NCBI GenBank assembly: GCA_032718475.1
Contig: JAUCBJ010001286.1
Coordinates: 62,001-126,000 of the forward strand
Source: Nemertoderma westbladi
Taxonomy: Eukaryota; Animalia; Xenacoelomorpha
Length of the DNA stretch: 64,000 nucleotides
Reading direction: 5' to 3'
The notes beneath the pieces were generated by a model. It ran no database searches. It saw only the letters and a list, made by a program, of their open reading frames with translations, and was not told the DNA's origin. Numbering within the stretch: the first letter of the stretch is position 1; every line of letters starts with the position of its first letter. The translations under genes and the position numbers were made by a program. This document shows positions 38,690 through 50,040 of the stretch, piece after piece.

Positions 38690-41600
38690 GAGCTGACTGC
38701 CTTGGGAGATAAGCTTTCCCTTAGCGGAGCGTGTATTCAACGGCACCGAATGCGGACTGGACAGACTGATGAGGCTCTGATTAAGAACATGGGGGGCGGT
38801 TGGCGACTCGCCCTCGCATTAGCAGATGATAGTGGTAATGGTGTAATTGGTCTATTGATGAATCCAACTGCCCATGAAGCATTGTACAAAATAGACCAAA
38901 TCTCTAACCGCATCATCCATTGCCACTTCTCATGTTCTGGAGGACTGGCTAAGAAGTTTCCTAAAGTGGTTCTGATTGTGTGCTACTCTCCAAACTAGTG
39001 TTGCCCCAGTAGCGGACGTGGAAAATTTCTACCATATTCTACAAGCAGCTACTGATGGAGTGGATCAGCATGCATTCTTAACTTTCCTGGGTGACTTTAA
39101 TGCAAGTCTGCATCACTCGTCCACATCGCCCTGGGTCTATAGCATTAGTGTTAACCGAAATTCCATCCATCTTCAGGATTTCATCTCTGGAAATGGACTG
39201 TTTTCGGCTGGAACTCTACTGTAAAGCTATGGACTGACAATGGACCCAGTGGCCACAAGTCCCAAATAGACCACATTCTGTTTCGTAGGAAATACAGGAG
39301 CTCTGTACAAGACTGTAGTGCATTTACACTTCGGCCCTTCTCTAGTGATCACCGCCTTATAGTGACCAAGGTAAGACTTAGTCTCCGTTCGTTCGTTCGT
39401 CCAACAGAATTACGAAATCTGCTTTACCATGGCATGACTGGTCCTCTCTGTTCCAACAGCCCAGTATGAGATCCAGCTTCACACTAAAGCTGAGCAACAT
39501 GTACGAGGTTCGCACCTCTGAGGCAACAGATCATTACGAGGGCTATACTGCCTTCACAGAAGCAGTTAAGTTAGCAGCTACAGAAACAGTTCCTGTATAC
39601 CCTCGAAACAGGAAAAAGGCCCCCTGGACTGACCACAAAATTCGGAAGACATCTATAAGGCAAAGAAATAGGCGAAGATAGACTACAGCAGCGGCCAAGA
39701 ATCTACAATGTAAACTGTTAATCTCCAGGAGCTTATAAACCAACGGGTTGATGCCATCAATAATGCCGACGATAGCAGGCAATCATCCCAGGCATGTAAA
39801 TCTATCAACTTACTTACTGGGCGGAAAAGCCAACCATCCACCAAGGTTAAGGCAGAATCACCAGCCGATCGCCTCAATTTTAATTGTTGATTTTGAATTT
39901 GGCCCACTTTGAAAAGCTCCTCAATAATGACAGGGCATTGCCTGATAACTTTATAGAAGTAAAAGTGTCTGAGTATGTACTCCCAGATATTCCCATTGGT
40001 GATATCTCCTTTGCTGAAGTGAAGATCTTTAAATTGCCTGAATGTTTGGAACTTACTTATCCCATCATATTAGACATGTACAAAACGACAAGAGTCCCAC
40101 AAGAAATGAAAACGAATACGTTGGTGCCAGTTCCCAAGAAGGGCAAACTAACACTTTATGGTTATTTTCGAGGAATCTTATTGATCTCGATTGCTGCAAA
40201 GCTATACAATAGAATTCTATTAAATCGCATCAGGGATCCCATTGAGAGACTGCTCCGTGGAAATCAGAATGGGTTCCGTAAAGTTCGTTTGACCATGGAG
40301 CCCATTTTGGCACTTAGAAGGATAATTGAAGAGTTATCAAAAAAGAAAGACAGGCATCTGGCTGTTACCTTTGTTGACTTCTTCAAGGCCTTTGATTCAG
40401 TCTCTCGCTCACGTATGTTCAGCATACTTTCATTATATGGGATTCCAGATGAAATTATTGCAGCAATCAGATCAGTATCAGGTGGTTCGACATTTGTGTC
40501 TACTGTTGAGGGTGACACAGAACCATTTGAAGTGTTATGGGGCGTCCTCCGGGGAGACACACTTGCACCATTCTTGTTTATAATTGTGGTTGACTATGTT
40601 CTACGCATGTCCTTAGATCATCATAATGATGATGGGATGATGATAACTCCACCTACTGGCTCCAGAAGTCGAGGAAATCCTGCCAAGTACCTAAATGATC
40701 TAGACTTTGCTGATGACATAGGAATACTCTCAGAATCAATAGAGGGAGCCCAACGGCTCCTCAGCTCATTAGAACATGCTGCTTCTAGTGTTGGTCTCTT
40801 TGTTAACTACAAAAAGACCAAAATTTTGACAGTAAACTTTGAAAGTCCTTTGTTTTAACTTTGAAAATCTCTGATCGGATGAGCATAAGCTCAAAGGAGG
40901 GTGTGCTTGAGCATGTGGACGACTTCTGTTACCTGGGAGCATGGATCTGGAAGTAAGGTGAGAACCTTAGAATACGTAATGGAAACGCATATGGGCAGCT
41001 TTTAATGGACTTTCCAGGATTTGGAAGTCACATAGAAATCATCGGAATCTTAAGGTCCGATTATTTAGAGTAGCAGTAGTTCCAGTACTCCTCTATGGGA
41101 GTCCATGCTGGGCTCTAACTGTTATGGACACCAAGACACTGGATGGCACATTCGCAAGACGTACAATGCACACATCTCCAACCAGACACAATATAACATT
41201 GGAGGTGTTTCGATGTTCCCTCCAGCTTGATACTAGAATAAAGCCGCCTCCACTTTGCAGGACATTGTTTTCGCCGCGAGGACCAGCCTGTGCACAATCT
41301 TGTGCTTTGGCAGCCCCATGGAGAAAATAAGCATGGTTGACAGCCCATGACTTTCGTGAGACGCCTCCTAAAGGCCACGGACCTTGAAGATGCGGATAAT
41401 TTCGCGAAAGTCATGGGGGATAGTGAGTTGTGGCGGTGCAACTTTGTTGATAAGGCGGCATAGCATTCGTAATGCATGCTGCATTGGGCTTGCCAATTGT
41501 AGATTGCATGGTGGTGACAAAATGTTTTTGTAAAGCTGGCATAGCATCTCAATATGCAGTTTCAATGCAGCAGGCCGATTATAATAGTAGTAGTTTATCA
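38690..41600 (+). mobile_element. Degenerate RTE-like non-LTR retrotransposon (APE + RT) with multiple frameshifts and stops
   Basis: APE motifs VLIVCYSP, LGDFNA, SQIDHIL and SDHRLI. RT ORF 39884-40858 has PVPKKG, FRGILLISIAAKLYNRILLNR, QNGFR, FVDFFKAFDSV, GVLRGDTLAPFLF and DLDFADD. C-terminal RLHFAGHCFR. Possible (TAG)n tail near 41585. Boundaries approximate. Confidence 0.9.
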
Positions 41601-42015
41601 CATGATCTTTGGTCTACTACTGTGCTAATTGTACTTATCGTATCGTACTATTTATTATACTTAGTAGACTACTTTGATCTTCTCTTTTGGAAGCGGTCTA
41701 CTAAAATGCTCATTTAATTAGTTTAGGCTATTATTCCAGCCCAAATAGGTGAAAAAATTTGGTTTTCCTTTTCACTTGTTCTCGAAAGAGGCACTCTATA
41801 ACAACCAAAGTGCCTGCTCTTCATCAAAGACACATTAAAGCGGGAAATTTGAATTCACCAAAAACAGCAATCTTGTTTGTAATGAATGACTGTCCTCACT
41901 GGTAGTGTGCTGCAGTAGAGTATTTATTTACGATTTGCCTTATTTTTTTTCAAACGGACATCCGTCAAACTGTGTTGTTACATAATCCAATAAATAACGG
42001 ACGTTCCTTTATACG

Positions 42016-42801
42016 ATGAGTCTCCCACTGATAGAACTAACTGGTAAAGTAGCCCTTATCACGGGCGCGAGTTCGGGAATCGGCGCCCGTACGGGCATTC
42101 TATTCAGCCAACTGGGCGCGCGAGTCGCCTTGACCGGTCGCAAACCGGTCCCACTCGACTCTACCGCATTACAATGCGAGAAACCTCCCTGCGGCGAAGT
42201 ATTCCGGAAGAGCTGCGATCTTTCCGATGAGAAACAATGTCGGGATCTAATAGACGCTGTTATTGAACGGTACGGCAGACTGGATGTCCTCGTGAACGTG
42301 GCGGGGATTCTACTAACAGGCACGTTAGAATCTACAACATCTCAACAGTACGACGAATTATTCGATGTAAACGTGAAAGCACCGTTCCGTCTTAGCCAAA
42401 TGGTCCTGCCATACTTAGAAGAATCTCGCGGTAACATAGTTAATGTGTCGAGCGTTAACGGAATGCGCTCTTTCCCCGGGGTCACGGCTTACAATATGAG
42501 TAAAGCGGCTATGGACCACATGACGAGGAGTACGGCTCTCGAGTTGGCGCCCAAAGGTATTCGAGTGAACTGCGTGAACCCAGGGGTCACAGTGACTGAC
42601 CTACATCGTCGGGCGGGTCAGGATGAAAGCACCTACGCCGCCTTCCTGGAGCGAGCCAAGTCTACGCATCCGCTGGGACGCCCAGGGGAGCCCGTTGATG
42701 TTGCTAATGCTATAGCATTCCTAGCTAGTGGGGCTGCTTCTTTTATAACTGGGGTTACTATGCCAGTGGATGGAGGACGCCATGCTACATGTCTGCGTTA
42801 A
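42016..42801 (+). CDS. Classical short-chain dehydrogenase/reductase (FabG-like SDR), 261 aa
   Basis: Rossmann TGASSGIG, LDVLVNVAG, catalytic Ser in NVSS and YNMSK, NCVNPG, C-terminal PVDGG; complete single-exon ORF. Confidence 0.95.
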   Translation: MSLPLIELTGKVALITGASSGIGARTGILFSQLGARVALTGRKPVPLDSTALQCEKPPCGEVFRKSCDLSDEKQCRDLIDAVIERYGRLDVLVNVAGILLTGTLESTTSQQYDELFDVNVKAPFRLSQMVLPYLEESRGNIVNVSSVNGMRSFPGVTAYNMSKAAMDHMTRSTALELAPKGIRVNCVNPGVTVTDLHRRAGQDESTYAAFLERAKSTHPLGRPGEPVDVANAIAFLASGAASFITGVTMPVDGGRHATCLR

Positions 42802-45320
42802 ACAATAAGTTATTATTGCAGTGCTGTATTTGTGGAGTACTTCGAATCATATACTTCTGGAGATATTTATTGCTTATTAAATAAATTGTGAAGTAATCGT
42901 GAATCATCGAATATGTATGTAATTTAGAGATTAAATTTAGTTTCTATGACGTGGTGGTGGTTTTCTGATAAGATCTCAATTAATAATGGTGACATGAAAT
43001 GTATATTTCAACTCTGGTCCATATAAATATTAAATAAAGTTTATTGATTAAAATATATTCTTAAGGTTCTAATGAATCCTTTGAATAAAATTGAATGATC
43101 AAAAGGGAATTTAATCCTATTTCGCTATCATTGATTCGGTAAAAATATCATACGAAATACACGCGCCTCCCGCTTAGAACGTCAGAAAACCAGAATAGTA
43201 GATAATAAGAATAACTTCGAATTTGGAGTATCTTTTTATTTCTTCGTGGCATGAGATCTCATGAAACCATGAAAGACAACTAAGTTATTACGTTCCATAC
43301 GCAGTAACTTCGTCACTTACCTGAAACTGAAAATTGTAGAACGAACTGTACATGTCATTAATAGTCTGAATCTAAAAGGCATAGAAATGCATTAACTTAT
43401 TCATGGTCACTATAGTGACCATGAATGGAAAAAAAATTTCAATATATTGCTAATACCGCTTCGCGCAGCACGTGACAAACTCAAGAGTTTTTATAATTTT
43501 TGCAAAAAAGTTAATTTTAAATTGAGCGACATTTCCTCAATTTTCATTAAATTTATAGGCAGTCCAGCGTAGGTATTCAATGATGTTAATAAATTTTGTC
43601 AGGAGAGAGCGATATTCCCTTCGCGCAGCATGTGAGAAAAAATATTTTTCCATTGTATATTTTTTAAGTATTACGCACTCCTTGTGAGGACTACAAAACA
43701 AACAACTAACACAATCATACGTCAAGTGCATTGTGCATTGGATATATGTAGGTCTACTGTAATTACTGCTGTACAGCATACCGTACCGTTAATTTGCAAT
43801 TGTATAGGCCTAGTATATGTAGTTTGCAATAATTTTTTTTAATAGAATTTTTAATTGTATTGTAACGCAACGAAATACCGGTGATGGTATTTTGTAATTT
43901 GTAATAATTGGTGTTAATTTAGTTGCATTTTGTTATACTCTTCGCAGTTTCCGCAAATTTAATGCATTTGTTATGATATTCACTTTATTAAATCAATATA
44001 TAAATTTTTAAATATCATCATAGTTTTAAATAGTTACTAAAGTGTTTCATCACCGGCATACATAAATAGCCAGAATGGTAATTAAAAGTATAACTCTTTC
44101 CCCGCAGGCATAGATAAATAGCCAGAATGGTAATTAAGGGGGGTGGGGTAGCCCAGCCCCCCCCCCCCCCCCCCTAACAGCGAACCCGCGGAAACCCCCA
44201 TAAATATAATTTTAGCTCGGTGGTGTGCTTCCTTCCTCTCAGACACTATTAACCAACCAGACCCCATACAGGTAGTATCGACACAAAATCTGGAAAAATC
44301 GGGAAGGGGGAAATGTGCCAAATTTACATTTTAAAAGTGCTAAATGTAGGCTACTACTATTTGTAATAACCATCGGTGGGCCAGGAATTATCTTTAGAGA
44401 TAGCCATCAATATTCTAGAACATCACATTTTTTACATTTGTGTTTACAGGATTTATTTTAGATTTGTTTTATTATTATATTTATACACGCTATTGCACAC
44501 GATTGTGATTGATATTTGGATTGTATTAAGATCTTGGATTGGAAAGTAAAAAATGCCTAATGCGTATGGCATTAGGCGAATTTCAATCATTATTATTGTT
44601 ACATCATTATGTTTCGATATATACATGGTTTACATTGTTATATTGTTTCGCATAAATCAGTAATAAATACAGTAAAAATATTCAATTTAGCTGAAATCTG
44701 ATTGTTTTGAAGATTTATATTCGATTCAGCTTTGCTAATAGGAATATTAAACTACCTACTAACTCGCTTCGCATGTAAATGGCACTAGATTTGCTGTATG
44801 GCTGTATGTATCTCGGGATCAATTATTATTGTCACTCGCTGTGCTCGCTCCACCAAATATAATTCCAGCAAGCAAGTTTACATGCTTGCATACTTATATT
44901 GTTTGCATAAGTTTTTCATGTAATTAGTGAAGCCATGATTCCGATTCTACTGTAGTACATGTTTGCAATAAACTATTTTTGAAGCGCTTTAATGTGTAAA
45001 AGGACACCATTTTAAAATATAAATTTGGCATATTTCCCCGTTGCCGATTTTTCCCAATTTTGTGTATGACATTCCTGGATATATATAGAACAAATCGCAA
45101 AATAAAAAAAACTATTGCAATTTGTTCTAGGTTCCCCCTTTTTTTTGGACTAATTTGACTAGACTATTAACCTTTACCCAAAATAAAACCCTGTTCTTTG
45201 TGATCCTAAATAAAAGAAAATTAACAGAATGAAGATCTATATTTGATATTGATAAATTTTTCTTCTATATATATTTACAACCGAAAAATCAGCCTCAAAC
45301 AAAATTAAATAATCGTGACA

Positions 45321-46316
45321 CTATTTCTGTCGAGCCGAGACCCTCGCAAAGTACCTCTCCCTAGCGGCGGCTATTGTCTCTTCCGTATTGCGTTTAGCGA
45401 ATATGTTTATAATAGCGTGCTTGGTAGATAAACTATCCCCCTTTTTATTTGTTTCTGTCTGGATCTCCTCGTCAGCTGAACAGCCCGATTCGTTGGTGCT
45501 AGCGGAGTCATCTGCGTCTAGGGGGTCGTGGTTCAGTTCCTCCTTGATGATCGGTTGGTCTGTCCGTCCGTCGGGTTGCCTACCAGTCCTTCCGTCCGAA
45601 TGTCTGTCTGTTCGGCCGTGCGGTTGTCTATCTGTCCGTACGTCGGGGTGTCTGACAGGCAGTCCGTCTGATTGTCTGTCTGTTCGGCCGTCGGGTTGTA
45701 GGTTTGTCCGTACGTCGGGTCCACCTGATTGTCCGTCTTCCATTCCATCAGTTCTCTGTTTCAGTAAATGCCCATAGAACATTGACATATCGCCGACCTT
45801 CTTGGGGTCCAGCTTATCTTCCAACTCTTTATCCTTCGCCTCCTTAGCTTCTAACTCCTCCAACTCTTCTAGTTTCGCTTTGTATGCCGACGATATAAAC
45901 TCCTCCTCTTCGCTCCCATCTCCCGTCGCTTCCCGTTCCCGCTGTATCTTCCGTTGATATCTCCGTTCGTTATTCAGTTTCCTACGCGACGCCTGAGCCA
46001 ATAAACCTTCTACGTACCGCGGTTCATCTCTCTTATTAACTTCCGTCGACGGATTCACTTTATTTCTATTAAACTCATCGTAAACAGCGTCGTATTCGTA
46101 AACATTGGGATCCTCGTTCAGCGCGTTGCTCATCTCGATTTGAGCCTGCCGCTGTTTCTTCGCGGCGATTTTGTTGATTTCGTAATTAATCGCTTGTTTC
46201 GGGTGATCTTCTTCGCTCGACGAGTTACCGAACACCGTGGTTCGCCGAATCGCGCTCGGTCGAACGCGAATCTTCTTGTTGAAAGATAAACCGTAAACTT
46301 TCGATGAGTTATCCAT
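45321..46316 (-). CDS. NSRP1: Nuclear speckle splicing regulatory protein 1 (CCDC55, DUF2040 family), 331 aa
   Basis: N-terminal YGL, ALNEDPNVYEYDAVYD, PRYVEGLL...RR..ER...RKIQRERE, EEFISSAYKAKLEE, GDMSMFYGHLL and C-terminal KRNTEETIAAARERYFAR, all characteristic of the family. Confidence 0.9.
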   Translation of the reverse strand: MDNSSKVYGLSFNKKIRVRPSAIRRTTVFGNSSSEEDHPKQAINYEINKIAAKKQRQAQIEMSNALNEDPNVYEYDAVYDEFNRNKVNPSTEVNKRDEPRYVEGLLAQASRRKLNNERRYQRKIQREREATGDGSEEEEFISSAYKAKLEELEELEAKEAKDKELEDKLDPKKVGDMSMFYGHLLKQRTDGMEDGQSGGPDVRTNLQPDGRTDRQSDGLPVRHPDVRTDRQPHGRTDRHSDGRTGRQPDGRTDQPIIKEELNHDPLDADDSASTNESGCSADEEIQTETNKKGDSLSTKHAIINIFAKRNTEETIAAARERYFARVSARQK

Positions 46317-46486
46317 TTCTATTACAGTATTACTGTATTAGGCTTAGGCCTTTTGACTAATACCGGTACTGACTTAATTACTTAATTAGAAGGGTCGGCT
46401 GGGCTGCCTCGCCTCGCTTCCTTCCACTAATCAATAATTATTCCTAGTCAAGCACGGGTCCACTCCACGGGTGTAAACGTTACGCC

Positions 46487-46690
46487 GACAAACTACAGCA
46501 GACAACCGATACCAGGCAACCGACAGCAGACAACCGACAGCAGACAACCGATACCAAACAACCGACAGCAGACAATAACCGACAGGAGACAACCGACAGA
46601 GACAACCGACAGCAGACAACCGACAGCAGACAACCGACAGAGACAACCGACTGCCGCAGACAACTAACATCAGACAGAGCAGACAACCGA
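46487..46690 (+). repeat. Minisatellite of ~14 bp units (CAACCGACAGCAGA)
   Basis: Directly visible degenerate tandem copies, about 170 bp upstream of the NSRP1 ATG. Confidence 0.9.
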
Positions 46691-47579
46691 ACTGTTGCTC
46701 TACAAATTCTACAATATTAATTTACAATATTTATATCCCTACAATATACGTATACGCACGTACGTACATACATGGCGGGGGGTGGTACCACCCCCCCCCC
46801 CCCCCCACCCCCCCTCCCCCCGCCGCACCCCTCGCTAAAAATTTAAGAAATTTGTATTTTATTGCATCTATTTAATGGGGATTTCAAATCTGAAAACGGC
46901 TTAGAGAGATCTCTATTAGTTCTCGAGTTATCAATGAATATCGGTCTGCCAAATTTGACTGTCAAAATGTAACACAGACATAGACATACAACCGACAGAC
47001 GGACACTACATCCCACCAAATATTAAAACTGACATCAGAAATGAAATCAGCGACCCCGAAAACGCCCATTTTTACGTTTGAAAAATTGTATGTTTTTTCA
47101 ATGGGTTGCAATAATTAATTGTCCGTGTTATTTATTGCAATTTTCCTACCTTCGCCAACTTAGTTCAAATGAAATCGAACTTAGTTCCAATGTGGGAGTT
47201 TCATCGTAGCCTAGGTCCTAGTACTGCGTATAAGAAACTAAGGTCGATATCTTTGGAACTAAGTTCCCATTTGAAAATGTGCCATAGGAACTAAGTTCTT
47301 GATACCCAATCTGCCTTTTACTTATATTATTATTGTGTGTGATTATGATATCTGAATGTGTGTTCTGTTCACACAATATATTGGTGAGATAGTGGTGTTT
47401 GTGTTGTTATGAGGACATTTTTACAGTAGGGCCTATTGTTTTGAGTTATTCCAAAAATTGCCTTTAACGGGTGACTATAAATAAATATAAAACAAAGACC
47501 AAAATTTTCATTTATTGTTTTGGTTCCTCCAACACGCCTCTTTAACCTGCTCCTTTCTTTTACTAACCTGCTCCATTAA

Positions 47580-47690
47580 ATGGCAATGGGACATAACGCT
47601 CTATGGCAAATGGGACATAACGCTCTATGGCAAATGGGACCTAACACACCTCTTTGGGACCTAACGATCTTTGGGACGTAACGCGACTGT
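47580..47690. repeat. Short tandem repeats (24 bp ATGGGACATAACGCTCTATGGCAA and related GGGACCTAAC units), possible MITE end
   Basis: Visible tandem copies; ends in GACTGTA, which is TA+CAGTC on the minus strand and resembles a pogo/Tc1 terminus; partner end not found. Confidence 0.55.
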
Positions 47691-47865
47691 ACCTCTTTGT
47701 TTTGTACACTCCACGTAGGCCGTTGATATGGGAAATTCTATTAAATAAATTTATTTATTTATTTTACTAATGATTTTACTGTACATTGTCTGCTGTCAGT
47801 CTGCTGTTGGTTTGTCACTTGAACATGTTTATTAGCGGATTACAAAGTAAAATAAATACAAATCA

Positions 47866-49109
47866 TGTAAAAGCTTCTGTGGGATATAACTGGCCCTTTT
47901 GCTTCGCAATCCAGTTTCCCCCCTAGGCGCTGGAATACTCTAAAAGGCTCTCTAACTATATATATAATTTCCCCTCGCCCGCAAGGTACCGTTATAGGTG
48001 TTTTAACGGACATAAAAGTCATTCTTCTATATACGTGTTTTGGCGGACATGGTAAGGCAAAAAACCCGCAATGCACCAAATACCTTTACACAGCTTATCC
48101 TTGATGATTCAGATTACGACATCTAACAGCTGGTTGCTGACATGGGAACAGCCATTGGACACGTAGTTCTTTGTTTAGCTTAAGCCAATCAGAGCGATTT
48201 TTTCTGTCGATGTGGAGATATTCGGCCGATCATACTAGGAGTGTTCAGTCTTACTGTTTTTTCTTGATACTGTTGTGTTGTTGCTATCTAGGCCAGGAAC
48301 ACCGGCTCTAGAGTCAATTCGTTTTCATACTTTTAGAAGAAACATTAGTAGGCTTAAGATTATAGAGCGTATAACTGTTATCAACTCACATATCAGTCCA
48401 GTTCATATCATATCTTAACCTACCGTCTTAATGCTGTTTACTGTTGTGTTTTGGTTGAATATTATTTGGAGAACATATATAAAGAACCCAAATTTCCCAA
48501 TTTTCTTGATACACTACAGGTTAGAGAGACGGGTTATATATAGCGATTGCGACTTATATTATTGTGGTTTGTAGTGAATTTAATGCTATTTGATAAGCGC
48601 TACATGAGTCCGTTGCTGTTCTCTTTATATATGATAAAATTCATTGACGGTCGGCAAATTAGTGAGCAGTATTGTGTGTTACCGGTAGCGTGCATGATTG
48701 TGGCTGATAACTAAGCATTTCCTAAAGAATGCGCCTCATACGTGAATCATAAGCCTTACCGACTTACCGTTGTGATTAGTATAAGTCATATCTCTATTTA
48801 CTTAGATAGAGCGCCACGTCCTAAAGGAACTGTTAATATTTCCCGAAAGTGAATAATATTGGTCAGAAATTATTTATTAACGATCAATCGAATAATACAG
48901 TAAGCTTACACTGCAATAATAATCTAAGCCCTCAGAATCCAGTCTCCCGGGTATATCCAGCGGGTGAATGGACGCGCACTAGGCTGGCTTCTGCTAATGT
49001 TGTGTTTATTGGTATTAAATATTTGTCATCTTCTAAAGTCTATTTATAAACCAAAAGACATATAAATTTTGGCAGGTTAAACTGCTAAAGGTCTTCAAAA
49101 GCGCGTACA
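47866..49109 (+). repeat. 5' LTR
   Basis: Direct repeat of 60180-61423 at offset 12314; TGTAAAAGC...GCGCGTACA; contains CCAAT (~48185), TCAGT (~48245) and TATA-like boxes. Confidence 0.97.
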
Positions 49110-49459
49110 ATAACAGTTATTGTCTTTATTGCAGTAAGCAATAAAGTTGAAAGTACCGGTCGACCGGTAAACCTGAACCGGTACTTCGGTAGGTCAGTAG
49201 GCCCAACTGCCAGAACCGGTACTGCTGTAGGTCCGTAGGTCCAACTACCAGAACCGGTACTTCTGTAGGTCTGTAGGCCCAATTGTCCTAACCGGTACTT
49301 CCAGTACAAGTACATTAGTATTATTTCGATTGTGATCTATAGTATATTGTAGGCTGCCAGGGGAATAGGGATTGATCACCCCTCATTCTTTTGTATAGTT
49401 TACTTGTTTCTGTCAGTTTTATTTCCTAGTAAGTTAATATTGAGCTGAAGACGTGTAAG

Positions 49460-50040
49460 TCTGCTCAGATTGTTCAGATAATTGTAGGCCGGACTGTTGT
49501 TGGATTGTTGTTGGGTTTGGAGAGATTACGGCGTGTGTAGAGTTTGTCCGATAGAGTGCCAGTTAGTAAGTTGGGGCAGCCATAGCTGTAAGGTCAATCC
49601 CCTCTTAAAGAATAAGTCGTACTACCGTGTTAGAACGCATACTAACTAACCATTTTGGAATCTGCACATACTGTAGTTTATTTAGGCTTGACAGTATTCT
49701 GCCAGCGTTTTGGCCTGTGTTTGTTTGTGTGGTCTGTTCAGGTACCGTAATAGTTATTACTCAGATATTTTGTAGGCTGGATTGTTGTCTAGCTATTATT
49801 AGGTCTGAAGAGATTGCTGCGTGTGTAGAGTTTGTCCGATAGAGTGCCAGTTAGTAAGTTGGGGCAGCCATAGCTGTAAGGTCAATCCCCTCTTAAAGAA
49901 TAAGTCGTACTACCGTGTTAGAACGCATACTAACTAACGATTTTGGAATCTACACATACTGTAGTTTATTTAGGCTTGGTGGTAGTCTGCCAGCGTTTGG
50001 TTTGTATTTTGTTTGAATATTCTGTACGGGTAGCGTAATA
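49460..50040 (+). repeat. Two-copy ~288 bp tandem duplication in the retrotransposon leader
   Basis: GCGTGTGTAGAGTTTGTCCGATAGAGTGCC...GAACGCATACTAACTAAC starts at both 49531 and 49819. Confidence 0.9.

Noticed and set aside
38760-38800. CTGATGAG as a hammerhead ribozyme core
   Set aside because: It lies within the LINE endonuclease coding region, with no suitably placed GAAA or supporting stems.
42016-42801. Bacterial horizontal transfer of the intronless, GC-richer SDR
   Set aside because: Neighbouring clearly eukaryotic genes are equally intronless and GC-richer, and the GGRHAxCxR ending is the type I associate with animal SDRs; only a phylogeny could revive the idea.
47840-49049. Short ORFs in the LTRs (47840-48079, 48849-49049 and their 3' LTR twins)
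   Set aside because: They are repeated only because the LTRs are identical; short, with no motifs, and the antisense pair runs out of the LTR with different ends.
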